Source: Planctomycetota bacterium (lineage in GTDB: Bacteria; Planctomycetota; B15-G4; SIAN01). From it: a stretch of 64,000 nucleotides of DNA. A program made the position numbers and the translations under genes. Shown in pieces: positions 55,593 through 64,000 of the stretch. The DNA is taken from positions 32,001 to 96,000 of the forward strand of contig JANNXA010000009.1 of assembly GCA_031409275.1 (NCBI GenBank), written 5' to 3'. Below the pieces are notes generated by a model, which was not told the DNA's origin, searched no databases, and saw only the letters and a list, made by a program, of their open reading frames with translations. Each line of letters opens with the position of its first letter. Position 1 is the first letter of the stretch.

Positions 55593-57749
55593 ATGGTCGT
55601 CGAACGCCGCGTCATCACTACTGCGGTCGCTCTCGTTGCCGCGTTATGCGGCATTGCCTCGCCGCACAACGTGCGCAGCGCTGCCGCCCAAGACGCCACC
55701 GGCGCGGCCAGCCTCGCCGAGCGCGTCAACCACGCCATCGACGCTGGCGTGGCCTGGTTGAAGTCGGTCCAGCGCGACGACGGCCACTTTCCCTGCGACC
55801 ACTGGTCGCAGGACGGATCGACGGCGCTCTGCACGTATGCGTTGCTCAAGTCGGGCGTGCTCGCGAGCGACCCCGCGGTCGTGAAGGCGATGGCCGTGCT
55901 GCACTACGCGCCCTTCGTCAGCACCTACGCGACCGCGGTCCGCATCGCGATGTTCGATGCGCACGGCGGCGCCGATCTCGACGAGCCGATCCGCGGCGCC
56001 GCCAAGTGGCTCGAGGAGCACCAACAGGAGAGCGGCCTCTGGGCCTATCCCGATCGGCAGCAGGACCTCTCCAACACGCAGTACGCGGCGCTCGGGCTGT
56101 GGATCGCGGCGCGTCACGGCTACGAGACGAAGCGTGAGACGTGGGCCAGACTGCTGAAGGAGCTGCTGCGACTTCAGTCCGAGGATGGCGGCTTTGGCTA
56201 CCGCGAGGGCGACGAGACGACCGGCAGCATGACCACCGCCGGCATCGCGATCGTCCACCTCGCCGTCGCCGCGCTCGAAGGCGACTCGCGCTACGGCTCG
56301 ACGCGCCAGAAGGGCAACGCCGCGCTCGAACGCGCCTGGCAGTGGCTGATCGACCGCTTCACGGTCGAGGGCAATCCCAACGGCGCGCGCGTCGTCTCGA
56401 ATGGCAACCATCTCTACTACCTCTTCGGGCTCGAGCGGGTGGCCGCGATCGGCGCGCGCAAGAAGATCGGCGACCACGACTGGTACGCGGAGGGCGCTCG
56501 CCATCTGGTGCGCACCCAAAGACCCGACGGCCAATGGTTCACCCCTGACGCGACGAGCTTCGCGCTGCTGTTCCTGCGCCGCGCCACGTTCACCGGCATG
56601 ACGCATGTCGAGCAGGACGCTCCCGTCGGCGGTCCGATCAGCGGCGAGCCGCAGCGCCCCGGCCCGCTCGCGCCCTTCCTGCGCCGTTGGTTGGTGGCGG
56701 GCCCGCTCGCCGATCCGAAGGACACGCTGCTGGAGGAGGCCTACGCGGGCGAAGCGACGGTCGAGCCGAAGGTGGGCAGTTCATTTCGCGGCAAGAGCTG
56801 GCGCGAGGTGCGCGAGCTCGATGATTTCGTCGGCTTCGGCGTCGACGATCGGCCGGGCGACCGCACGCTCTCCTACGCCTTCACCTGGCTGCACGTCGCT
56901 GAGCCGTTCCGCGGCGGGCTGTGGGTCGGCGCGAACGACGGCGTGGTGGTGCAGCTCGATGGGGCGACGGTCCTGTCGAAGCATGTCCACCAGGAGCTGC
57001 CGCGCGATCGCGTGAACACGCCGATCACGCTGGCACCCGGCATCCATCGCCTGCTGGTCAAAGTCGAGAACGAGCGCGACGACAGCGGCTTCACGCTTCG
57101 TTTCGCCAACGAGGATGGCACCGCCGCGCGACAGGTGAAGCCGTCGCTGAGCAAGAGCGATCCGCAACTCGCCGCCGCGGCTTTGGCGACGCCGGGCCTC
57201 TTCAAGCTCGAAGAGCTCGCGACGTTGCTGCCGCTGCTGCCGCGCCGATCGATCGACTTCAAATCGGCGAAGGACCTCGAGCTGCTGGCGTTCGATCGCA
57301 ACGGCGTATCGGGCGACGACCGCTACCCGCAATGGCTGGACGTCCCCGCGAAGAAGCCGGGCTCTCCCCACCCCGGCGCGCGCGGCGTGCTCGCGCTCCA
57401 CCCCATCACCGAGAAGGTCGCCACCCGACTGATCTTCCGTGTCGCGGTGCCGGCCGGCGCTCCGAAGCTCAAGCTCCGCGTCAGCTCGGAAGCGTACGGC
57501 GACGCGGCGCGCGCCGACTTCATCCTGCGCGTCGGCCTCTTCGGCGAGGCGCTCGAGTGGTTGCACGAGTCGACCATCGGCCCTTCGCCGACTCCATCCG
57601 CACCGGCCGCGAGCGGCTGGCGCGACGTCGAGATCGACCTCTCCGCGCATGCCGGCAGCGAACGGCTGGTCGTGATCGAGTGCGACGCCGGTGGCGGCGC
57701 ACCATGGAGTTTCGAGCACGCCTTCTTCGACGAGATCTCGCTGCGATGA
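55593..57749 (+). CDS. Secreted prenyltransferase/squalene-cyclase-repeat protein with PA14-like domain
   Basis: QW-type repeats (WLKSVQRDDGHF, QQESGLWAY, DLSNTQYA.LGL, Q.EDGGFGY, Q.PDGQW) and DG..VQLDG..L.PG.H.LLVKV. Confidence 0.75.
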   Translation: MVVERRVITTAVALVAALCGIASPHNVRSAAAQDATGAASLAERVNHAIDAGVAWLKSVQRDDGHFPCDHWSQDGSTALCTYALLKSGVLASDPAVVKAMAVLHYAPFVSTYATAVRIAMFDAHGGADLDEPIRGAAKWLEEHQQESGLWAYPDRQQDLSNTQYAALGLWIAARHGYETKRETWARLLKELLRLQSEDGGFGYREGDETTGSMTTAGIAIVHLAVAALEGDSRYGSTRQKGNAALERAWQWLIDRFTVEGNPNGARVVSNGNHLYYLFGLERVAAIGARKKIGDHDWYAEGARHLVRTQRPDGQWFTPDATSFALLFLRRATFTGMTHVEQDAPVGGPISGEPQRPGPLAPFLRRWLVAGPLADPKDTLLEEAYAGEATVEPKVGSSFRGKSWREVRELDDFVGFGVDDRPGDRTLSYAFTWLHVAEPFRGGLWVGANDGVVVQLDGATVLSKHVHQELPRDRVNTPITLAPGIHRLLVKVENERDDSGFTLRFANEDGTAARQVKPSLSKSDPQLAAAALATPGLFKLEELATLLPLLPRRSIDFKSAKDLELLAFDRNGVSGDDRYPQWLDVPAKKPGSPHPGARGVLALHPITEKVATRLIFRVAVPAGAPKLKLRVSSEAYGDAARADFILRVGLFGEALEWLHESTIGPSPTPSAPAASGWRDVEIDLSAHAGSERLVVIECDAGGGAPWSFEHAFFDEISLR

Positions 57750-59179
57750 ACCCCGCCACCCGCCCCGCCCACCACAAGACCGCGATGCTGCTGATGGGCG
57801 GCGTCGTGATCATCGTCGCCGCGACCTTCGCCGCCTTCCTCGGCGCGAAAGGGTGCACGCCGACACCGCCGCCCGCGCTCGTGATCGCGCGCGACACGAC
57901 CTGGTTCACCGCGCCGCTGCTGCCCGACGGCGGCATCGACTATCCCGGCGCGCTCGGCGCCGAGTTCGCGAGTCGCGGCGTCGATGCCACGAACAACGGC
58001 GCGCCGCTGCTGCAACAGGCGCTCGCGCAGTTCGTCGATCCGTGGAGCCATGCGACCGCACGCGCTGAAGCGGGGATCGATGGGAGCAAGCTCGGCGGAG
58101 CCATCGACGCGGCCATCGCGGCCATGCAGCGCGGCGAGACGGCCGGACCGGACGCGACCTTCCTTCAGCCCTGGCTCGACGCCAGCGAATCGGCGCTGGC
58201 GCTCGCGGCGAAGGCGGCGTTGCAACCCCACTGCCTGGTGGCGCCCACGGGCCTGCTCCTCGAGCGGGCCGATCCGTTCCCTGCGCTGCCCGCGTTGACA
58301 CTCGCGTTCGAGCTGCGTCTGGCGCAGGCCGCGGCGCGCGGCTCCCAGGAGTCCGCGCTCGCCGACGCCCGAACCGCGCTCGCGTTGGCGCGCATCGTCG
58401 CTCCTCCGCCCACGTTCGGGGCGCAAGCGCTGGCGCTCGAACGCGAAGCGGGCACGCTCGCGCAACTGTGCCGCAGCGCCCGCGGCGCGACTCCGCTTCC
58501 GGCCGCGACGTTGCTGGCGCAGGCGGAGCTCCAACCGGCGAGCGGCGCCGGTGACAGCGCGCTGCGCGAGGCGCTCTTGGCGGCACGAATCGAAGTGCTC
58601 GACCAGCTCACGGCTGCCTGGCGCGGGCGCGCCGAGATCGGCCCCGATCCGCAAGACGGCAGCGCCGAGGCGGGCCAGGAACACGCTCGTGCTGCCAGCG
58701 CGGTGGGCCAGGCGCTTGCCGTGGCCGACCCCAATCCCGTCTTCCGCCACGCCAACGAGCGCTTCGACGCGCTCGATGCGGCGCTGCTCGGCAGCGATCG
58801 GCCGCTTCCGGCGCGCCTCGACGCCTTCCTCGCCCGGCTCGACGAGCTGCTCGCCGACGGCCGGCCGCTGCCACCGCAGCGCACCGGTCCGCTCGGTCGC
58901 GCGCTCCTTTCGGCCGATCAGCTCGCCGAGCATGTCGTCGACGTGCTGCTCGGCGCCGCCGCGGCGCGCCTCGAGGCCGAGCTGCTCGACTGGATGGCGC
59001 AGGTGGTCGCATGCGAATCGTCGCTGGCGGAGCTCGCGACGCTGGCCGACGCGCCGCGCCGACGCGACCGCCTCCTGGGCGAGCCGTTGACCGCGACGAT
59101 GCGCGAAGACGGGAACTGCGAAGTCACGGGCGCGCTGCTCGAGCTGCGCGCTGACCTGCAGCGCCGTCGCAGCCGCTGA
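57746..59179 (+). CDS. Hypothetical membrane-anchored helical protein
   Basis: ATGA overlap with the upstream gene, an N-terminal TM helix and the motif IARDTTWFTAPL.PDGGIDY..NNGA. Confidence 0.65.
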   Translation: MNPATRPAHHKTAMLLMGGVVIIVAATFAAFLGAKGCTPTPPPALVIARDTTWFTAPLLPDGGIDYPGALGAEFASRGVDATNNGAPLLQQALAQFVDPWSHATARAEAGIDGSKLGGAIDAAIAAMQRGETAGPDATFLQPWLDASESALALAAKAALQPHCLVAPTGLLLERADPFPALPALTLAFELRLAQAAARGSQESALADARTALALARIVAPPPTFGAQALALEREAGTLAQLCRSARGATPLPAATLLAQAELQPASGAGDSALREALLAARIEVLDQLTAAWRGRAEIGPDPQDGSAEAGQEHARAASAVGQALAVADPNPVFRHANERFDALDAALLGSDRPLPARLDAFLARLDELLADGRPLPPQRTGPLGRALLSADQLAEHVVDVLLGAAAARLEAELLDWMAQVVACESSLAELATLADAPRRRDRLLGEPLTATMREDGNCEVTGALLELRADLQRRRSR

Positions 59180-59266
59180 GCTCCGTCGCCCGCGCGCTGC
59201 GACGCAGCGGCATCGCACGGCGCGCTATCCTCGCGCCGCTACACGCCGCAACGGAGCCACGCCCTC

Positions 59267-60898
59267 ATGCGCCACGGCATCTTCACCCCTCCTGCGCCCA
59301 TCAACGAGCCGATCAAGAGCTACGCGCCCGGTTCGCCGGAACGCGCGCAGCTGAAGGCGCGGATCGACGAGCTGCGCGGCCAGGTGCTCGACATCCCGCT
59401 GGTGATCGGCGGCAAGGAGATCCGCACCGGCAAGCTCGAGCCGTGCGTCGAGCCGCACGACCACGGCCACGTGCTCGCGCGCTACCACAAGGCGGGGCCG
59501 CAGGAGATCGAGCAGGCGATCGCGGCCGCGAACGCCGCGTGGACGACGTGGAGCGAGCTGCCGCTCGAGGCGCGCGCCAGCGTCTTCCTCAAGGCCGCAG
59601 AGCTGCTGGCCGGTCCGTGGCGGCAGACGCTGAACGCCGCGACGATGCTCGGCCAGAGCAAGACGGCGTTCCAGGCGGAGATCGACGCCGCCTGCGAGCT
59701 GATCGACTTCTGGCGTTTCAACGCGCACTACCTGGCGCAGATCAGCCGCGAGCAGCCGCTGTCGGGACCGCAGATGTGGAATCGGCTGGAGTACCGGCCG
59801 CTCGAAGGATTCGTGGTCGCGATCACGCCGTTCAACTTCACGTCGATCGCCGGCAACCTCCCGACCGCGCCGGCGCTGTGCGGCAACACGGTGTTGTGGA
59901 AGCCTGCATCGAGCTCGATCTACTCGGCGTGGTTCTTGATGAAGCTCTTCGAGGAGGCGGGCCTGCCGCCAGGCGTCATCAACTTCCTGCCGTGCAGCGG
60001 CGGCGACATCAGCAAGGTGGCCCTCCCCCATCCCGATTTCGCCGGCGTCCACTTCACCGGCTCGACCGAGGTCTTCAACACGATCTGGCGCACGGTCGGC
60101 GAGAACCTCGGCAAGTACGGCGGCTACCCGCGCCTGGTCGGCGAGACCGGCGGCAAGGACTTCGTCTTCGCCCACCCGAGCGCCGACGTGCCGACGTTGT
60201 GCGTCGCGCTGGTGCGCGGCGCCTTCGAGTATCAGGGGCAGAAGTGCTCGGCGGCGTCGCGCGCGTACATCCCGAAGTCGCTCTGGCCCGCGCTGAAGGA
60301 GAAGCTGGTCGCGATGGTGCGCGAGCTCAAGATGGGCGACCCGAAGGACTTCACGAACTTCCTCGGCGCCGTCATCGACCAGGGCGCGTTCGAGAAGATC
60401 AAGGGCTACATCGACGGCGCGCGCACCAGCAAAGACGCCGAGATCCTGGTGGGCGGCACGTGCGACCGGTCGAAGGGCTGGTTCATCGAACCGACGGTGA
60501 TCGTCGCCAAGGATCCGACCTACGTCACCATGCGCGAGGAGATCTTCGGTCCGGTGCTGACGCTGTGGGTCTACGACGATGCGCAGATGGACGCCGCGCT
60601 GAAGCACTGCGACGAAGACTCGCCCTACGCGCTGACCGGCGCGATCTTCGCGCGCGATCGCGCCGAGATCGAGCGCCTCTCCGCGCGCCTGCGCCACGCC
60701 GCTGGCAACTTCTACGTGAACGACAAGCCGACGGGCGCGGTCGTCGGCCAGCAACCGTTCGGCGGCGCGCGCGCGTCGGGCACCAACGACAAGGCGGGAT
60801 CGTCGCTCAACTTGATGCGCTGGCTCTCGGCTCGCACGATGAAGGAGAACTTCGTGCCGCCGACCGATTGGCGCTACCCCCACCAGGGCGCCTCGTGA
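59267..60898 (+). CDS. pruA: L-glutamate gamma-semialdehyde (P5C) dehydrogenase
   Basis: NEP..YAPGSPER, QAEIDAACELIDFWRFN, PFNFT, FTGST, GETGGKDF, YQGQKCSA and GARASGTNDKAG. Confidence 0.95.
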   Translation: MRHGIFTPPAPINEPIKSYAPGSPERAQLKARIDELRGQVLDIPLVIGGKEIRTGKLEPCVEPHDHGHVLARYHKAGPQEIEQAIAAANAAWTTWSELPLEARASVFLKAAELLAGPWRQTLNAATMLGQSKTAFQAEIDAACELIDFWRFNAHYLAQISREQPLSGPQMWNRLEYRPLEGFVVAITPFNFTSIAGNLPTAPALCGNTVLWKPASSSIYSAWFLMKLFEEAGLPPGVINFLPCSGGDISKVALPHPDFAGVHFTGSTEVFNTIWRTVGENLGKYGGYPRLVGETGGKDFVFAHPSADVPTLCVALVRGAFEYQGQKCSAASRAYIPKSLWPALKEKLVAMVRELKMGDPKDFTNFLGAVIDQGAFEKIKGYIDGARTSKDAEILVGGTCDRSKGWFIEPTVIVAKDPTYVTMREEIFGPVLTLWVYDDAQMDAALKHCDEDSPYALTGAIFARDRAEIERLSARLRHAAGNFYVNDKPTGAVVGQQPFGGARASGTNDKAGSSLNLMRWLSARTMKENFVPPTDWRYPHQGAS

Positions 60899-60923
60899 AC
60901 GGCACAACGAGGCGGCGCGCTCG

Positions 60924-61241
60924 ATGAACTCGATCAGCTGTTCCGAGCTCGCCGCACGATGGGCGCGCGGCGAGCGGCCGGTGCTGCTCGACGTGCGCGA
61001 GCCCGAGGAGCACGCGATCTGCCAGTTGCCCGGCAGCGTGCTCGTCCCGATGAGCGAGCTGCCGATGAGGCTGCAGGAGCTCGACCCCGAGGTCGAGACG
61101 ATCGTCTACTGCCACCACGGCGTGCGCTCCGCCCATGTCATCGCCCACCTGATGGGCCACGGGTTCGAGCGCCTGGTCAACCTGCGCGGCGGCATCGACG
61201 CCTGGTCGCGGGAAGTCGATCCAGCGGTCCGCCGCTACTGA
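60924..61241 (+). CDS. Rhodanese-like domain protein
   Basis: LLDVREPEE, YCHHGVRS and NLRGGIDAWS..VDP.V.RY. Confidence 0.92.
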   Translation: MNSISCSELAARWARGERPVLLDVREPEEHAICQLPGSVLVPMSELPMRLQELDPEVETIVYCHHGVRSAHVIAHLMGHGFERLVNLRGGIDAWSREVDPAVRRY

Positions 61242-61399
61242 AACGCCGACGCGGCGCGCCCGTCCGATCGTCGATCGTTCGCATCGGTCGGCCATGCGCC
61301 GCTACCAAAATTGCCATCGAGATCTACCATCTCGCGCCTCGAAGTTTCCGATTCGGCGCCGCGGCTGTCATGCGGGGTGCCACTAATCAAGGAGGTCGC

Positions 61400-62701
61400 A
61401 TGAACGGTCTGCGTGGATGCACTCTTCCGATGGCTGCACTCGGAACCATGTTCGTGGCGGCGATGCCCGCCTCGGCGCAGGAGACGATCGAGTCGCTGAC
61501 GAAGCGCGTTGCCGAACTCGAAGCAAAGCTCCCGAAGGACTCGAGCGGCGACGCCGTGAAGTGGAGCGACCTGTCGGCGCTCGGCTCGCGCTTCAAGCTC
61601 TACGGCTACCTGCGCGTCGACTCGATGTGGGACGACTCGCGACCGAACAACACGCAGCTGCCGGTCTTCATCCGGTCGGAAGACCCGAGCGCGCCGTCGG
61701 GCTTCAAGGCGGCGGACAACTCCTCCGACTTCAACCTGCACCCGAAGCTGACGCGCGTCGGCCTCGACTTCACCGGGCCGAAGGTGAACGGCATTGGTGA
61801 CCCGACGCTGACCGGCAAGCTCGAGACCGACTTCTACAACGCGACCGCCACGGAATCGCGCGAAGCGCTGCGCATCCGCGTCGCGTGGCTGCAGCTCAAG
61901 TGGAACAACTTCAGCCTTTACGGCGGCCAGATGTGGGACGTGATCTCGCCGCTGATGCCGGTGGTCAACCCCGACATGGTGTCGTGGGGCGCGGGCAACC
62001 TGGCGGACCGCCGACCGCAGATCCGCGGCGAATGGGTCAACCCGATGGGCGACAGCAAGCTCACCGTGACCGGCATGGTGGGCGCGACCGGCGCGATCGA
62101 CGCTGCCGACCTCGACGCCAACACCTACCGCGATGGCGACCAGTCGGCGCAGCCGACCCTGCAGGCGCGCGTCGGCTGGAAGACGCCGGTCTTCGACACG
62201 AAGAGCAACTTCGAGATCGGCGCCTGGGCCCACCACGCCAACGAAGAGACCGACAAGCCGATCGGCACCAACCGCAACTTCTCGAGCTCGGCGTACGGCG
62301 TCGACTTCCAGCTCCCGATCTACAAGGATCGCGTCTGGGTGAAGGGCGAGCTGTGGCACGGCCGCAACCTCGATGACGTCCGCGGCGCGATCCTGCAGGG
62401 CATCAACAGCGCCGGCGACGAGATCCGCTCGCAAGGCGGCTGGACCGAGGTCGGCTGGAAGACCGGCGATCACCTGTCGCTGCACGGCGGCTGGTCGTTC
62501 GATGACCCGAACAACGACGACTTGATCATCAGCTCGAGCAACGCGCCGCGCTCGCGCAACACGATCGCCTACGCCGCCGCGATGTTCGACTTCAAGCCGG
62601 TCTTCTTCGGCCTGCACTACCTGAAGTGGACCACCGGCTACGAAGGCTTCGACAAGGGCGACGACAACCGCCTCCAGGCCTTCATCCAGTACTCGTTCTG
62701 A
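61400..62701 (+). CDS. Outer-membrane porin (DcaP-like)
   Basis: RBS AAGGAGG, signal peptide, a short coiled coil, FKLYGYLR.D, TRVG, GKLETDF, GQ.WD, RRPQIR and terminal YSF. Confidence 0.75.
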   Translation: MNGLRGCTLPMAALGTMFVAAMPASAQETIESLTKRVAELEAKLPKDSSGDAVKWSDLSALGSRFKLYGYLRVDSMWDDSRPNNTQLPVFIRSEDPSAPSGFKAADNSSDFNLHPKLTRVGLDFTGPKVNGIGDPTLTGKLETDFYNATATESREALRIRVAWLQLKWNNFSLYGGQMWDVISPLMPVVNPDMVSWGAGNLADRRPQIRGEWVNPMGDSKLTVTGMVGATGAIDAADLDANTYRDGDQSAQPTLQARVGWKTPVFDTKSNFEIGAWAHHANEETDKPIGTNRNFSSSAYGVDFQLPIYKDRVWVKGELWHGRNLDDVRGAILQGINSAGDEIRSQGGWTEVGWKTGDHLSLHGGWSFDDPNNDDLIISSSNAPRSRNTIAYAAAMFDFKPVFFGLHYLKWTTGYEGFDKGDDNRLQAFIQYSF

Positions 62702-62717
62702 TCCCACGGATCCCTGG

Positions 62718-62744
62718 CCGGCGGGCGAACCTGTCGCCCGCCGG
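62718..62744 (+). terminator. Intergenic hairpin (terminator or mRNA stabiliser)
   Basis: CCGGCGGGCGA-ACCTG-TCGCCCGCCGG followed by a weak pyrimidine tract. Confidence 0.55.
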
Positions 62745-62864
62745 TGCTTCTCCTCGATTCCGTCGTGCGGGTGCCGGCGCTGACGCAACCAGCGCCCGCA
62801 CGACGGTCTTCTCCCCTCCCCGGCCGGCGCGATCGCGCCGCCTTCCCGCCCACCGGAGATCTCC

Positions 62865-64000
62865 ATGAAGGTGTTCCGATTCCCCTTGCTGGCGCTCGCG
62901 CTCGCAGGCGCCGCATGCGCGACCGATCTCGGCAGCAGCCACGACAGCTCGATGACGATGGCCGCCGCGAAACCCGGCAAGAGCGCCAGGTTCGACGGCA
63001 AGAACGAGTTCAAGCTGACCGTTCCGGAAGGCGCCAAGTCGATCCGCATCTGGTTCGCGATGCCGCAGGACGACGACTGGACCACGATCGCGAGCCAAAC
63101 GAACAGCTTCTCGCCGGGCCTCTCCGGCCGCATGGTGATCGATGACCACGGCAATCGGATGCTCTACGCCGAGGCCAGCGACGCTGCGGCCGGCACCGAG
63201 CTCTCGATCTCCGAAGCGTTCACTCTCGAGCGCCAGGAGATCGTCGGAAACGTCGACGCCAGCAAGGCGAAGCCGCTGTCGGCCGCTGAAGCGGTGAAGT
63301 TCGCGCGCGAGCTCGGCGAGAACGCCTACATCAAGATCACCCCCGAGATCCGCGCGATCGCGGCCTCGGTCGTCGGCGACGAGAAGAACCCGGTGATCGC
63401 GGCGCGCAAGCTCTACGACTGGACGCTCGACAACATCGAGTACTGGGTCAAGACGCCGGCCACGCGCAAGGCGTCGGCGACCGGCAGCTCGGAGCACTGC
63501 CTCACCACGAAGACCGGCAACTGCACCGACTTCCACTCGCTGTGGGCCGCGCTCGCGCGCGCCTCGGGCATCCCGACCCGCATCGTCTACGGATCGATCT
63601 TCAAGCCGGCGCTCGACGGCCAAGACAAGGACGGCAGCTACCACTGCTGGCCCGAGTTCTACGCGTCGGGTCTGGGCTGGGTGAGCCACGACGTCGCGGT
63701 CGCCGACATCTTCCGCGGCACCTATGAACTCAACGCCGACAACGAGGAGAAGGTTCGCCTCACCATCGCCACGCCGTACACCGGCGCCGACGAGAAGATG
63801 GTGAACTACTACTTCGGCAACATCGACGAGCGCCGCGTGGTCTGGTCGAGCGGGCGCGACCTGACGCTCGATCCGGCGGCAGCCGCCGGCAAGGTCAACG
63901 CGATGGCGAAGGCATACGTCGAGATCGACGGCAAGCCGTATGGCGAGAAGTCGGCCGATGGCAAGGTCCAGTGGACCCGCAAGTTCAGCTACCGTGAAGT
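62865..64000 (+). CDS. Transglutaminase-like domain lipoprotein (3'-truncated by the window edge; absent from the ORF track)
   Basis: RBS GGAG and MKVFRFPLLALALAGAAC. Catalytic motifs GNCTDFHS, ARASGIPTR, YHCWPEFY and GWVSHD. The frame is open to 64000. Confidence 0.88.
   Translation, partial: MKVFRFPLLALALAGAACATDLGSSHDSSMTMAAAKPGKSARFDGKNEFKLTVPEGAKSIRIWFAMPQDDDWTTIASQTNSFSPGLSGRMVIDDHGNRMLYAEASDAAAGTELSISEAFTLERQEIVGNVDASKAKPLSAAEAVKFARELGENAYIKITPEIRAIAASVVGDEKNPVIAARKLYDWTLDNIEYWVKTPATRKASATGSSEHCLTTKTGNCTDFHSLWAALARASGIPTRIVYGSIFKPALDGQDKDGSYHCWPEFYASGLGWVSHDVAVADIFRGTYELNADNEEKVRLTIATPYTGADEKMVNYYFGNIDERRVVWSSGRDLTLDPAAAAGKVNAMAKAYVEIDGKPYGEKSADGKVQWTRKFSYRE

Noticed and set aside
1..64000. 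rRNA, tRNA (including tRNA-Sec), transposase, integrase, prophage or defence island
   Set aside because: None was recognisable by eye. Composition is uniform and the genes are mostly housekeeping or envelope functions.

Overview
This is a high-GC (roughly 70% by eye), gene-dense chromosomal window from a diderm bacterium. Planctomycetota is the most likely source, inferred from the squalene-cyclase-repeat protein, the orphan prepilin cluster and several beta-barrel proteins. About 45 genes are supported. They cover envelope glycosylation and lipid A modification (flippase, O-antigen-ligase-like protein, two GT39/ArnT proteins, LpxL-like acyltransferase, LAB_N protein, YejM-like protein), a minor-pilin cluster, a DinG helicase, a KaiC-like ATPase, rsfS, an ABC operon, class II ribonucleotide reductase nrdJ with tandem NrdR boxes, rtcB, an RND/TolC efflux system with a two-component pair, pruA, porins and a transglutaminase cut by the window edge. 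I saw no rRNA, tRNA, CRISPR array or transposase. Four observations stand out. (1) A hidden exported thioredoxin-fold selenoprotein gene (UxxC motif with a SECIS-like hairpin) at 54471-55514 is broken by a 1-nt insertion and a 175-bp MITE. (2) Three rod-shaped palindromic elements (23252-23453, 33350-33464, 55033-55215) have different termini but share a GAGGA/GACGA tandem-GA internal-loop architecture; a solo terminus sits at 30319. (3) A membrane protein at 23840-25375 looks like a catalytically dead membrane pyrophosphatase. (4) A pilin-cluster protein carries a roughly 100-aa aromatic beta-hairpin insertion and lies next to an O-glycosylation ligase and a KaiC-like ATPase. All family assignments come from motif recognition by eye, not from database searches.
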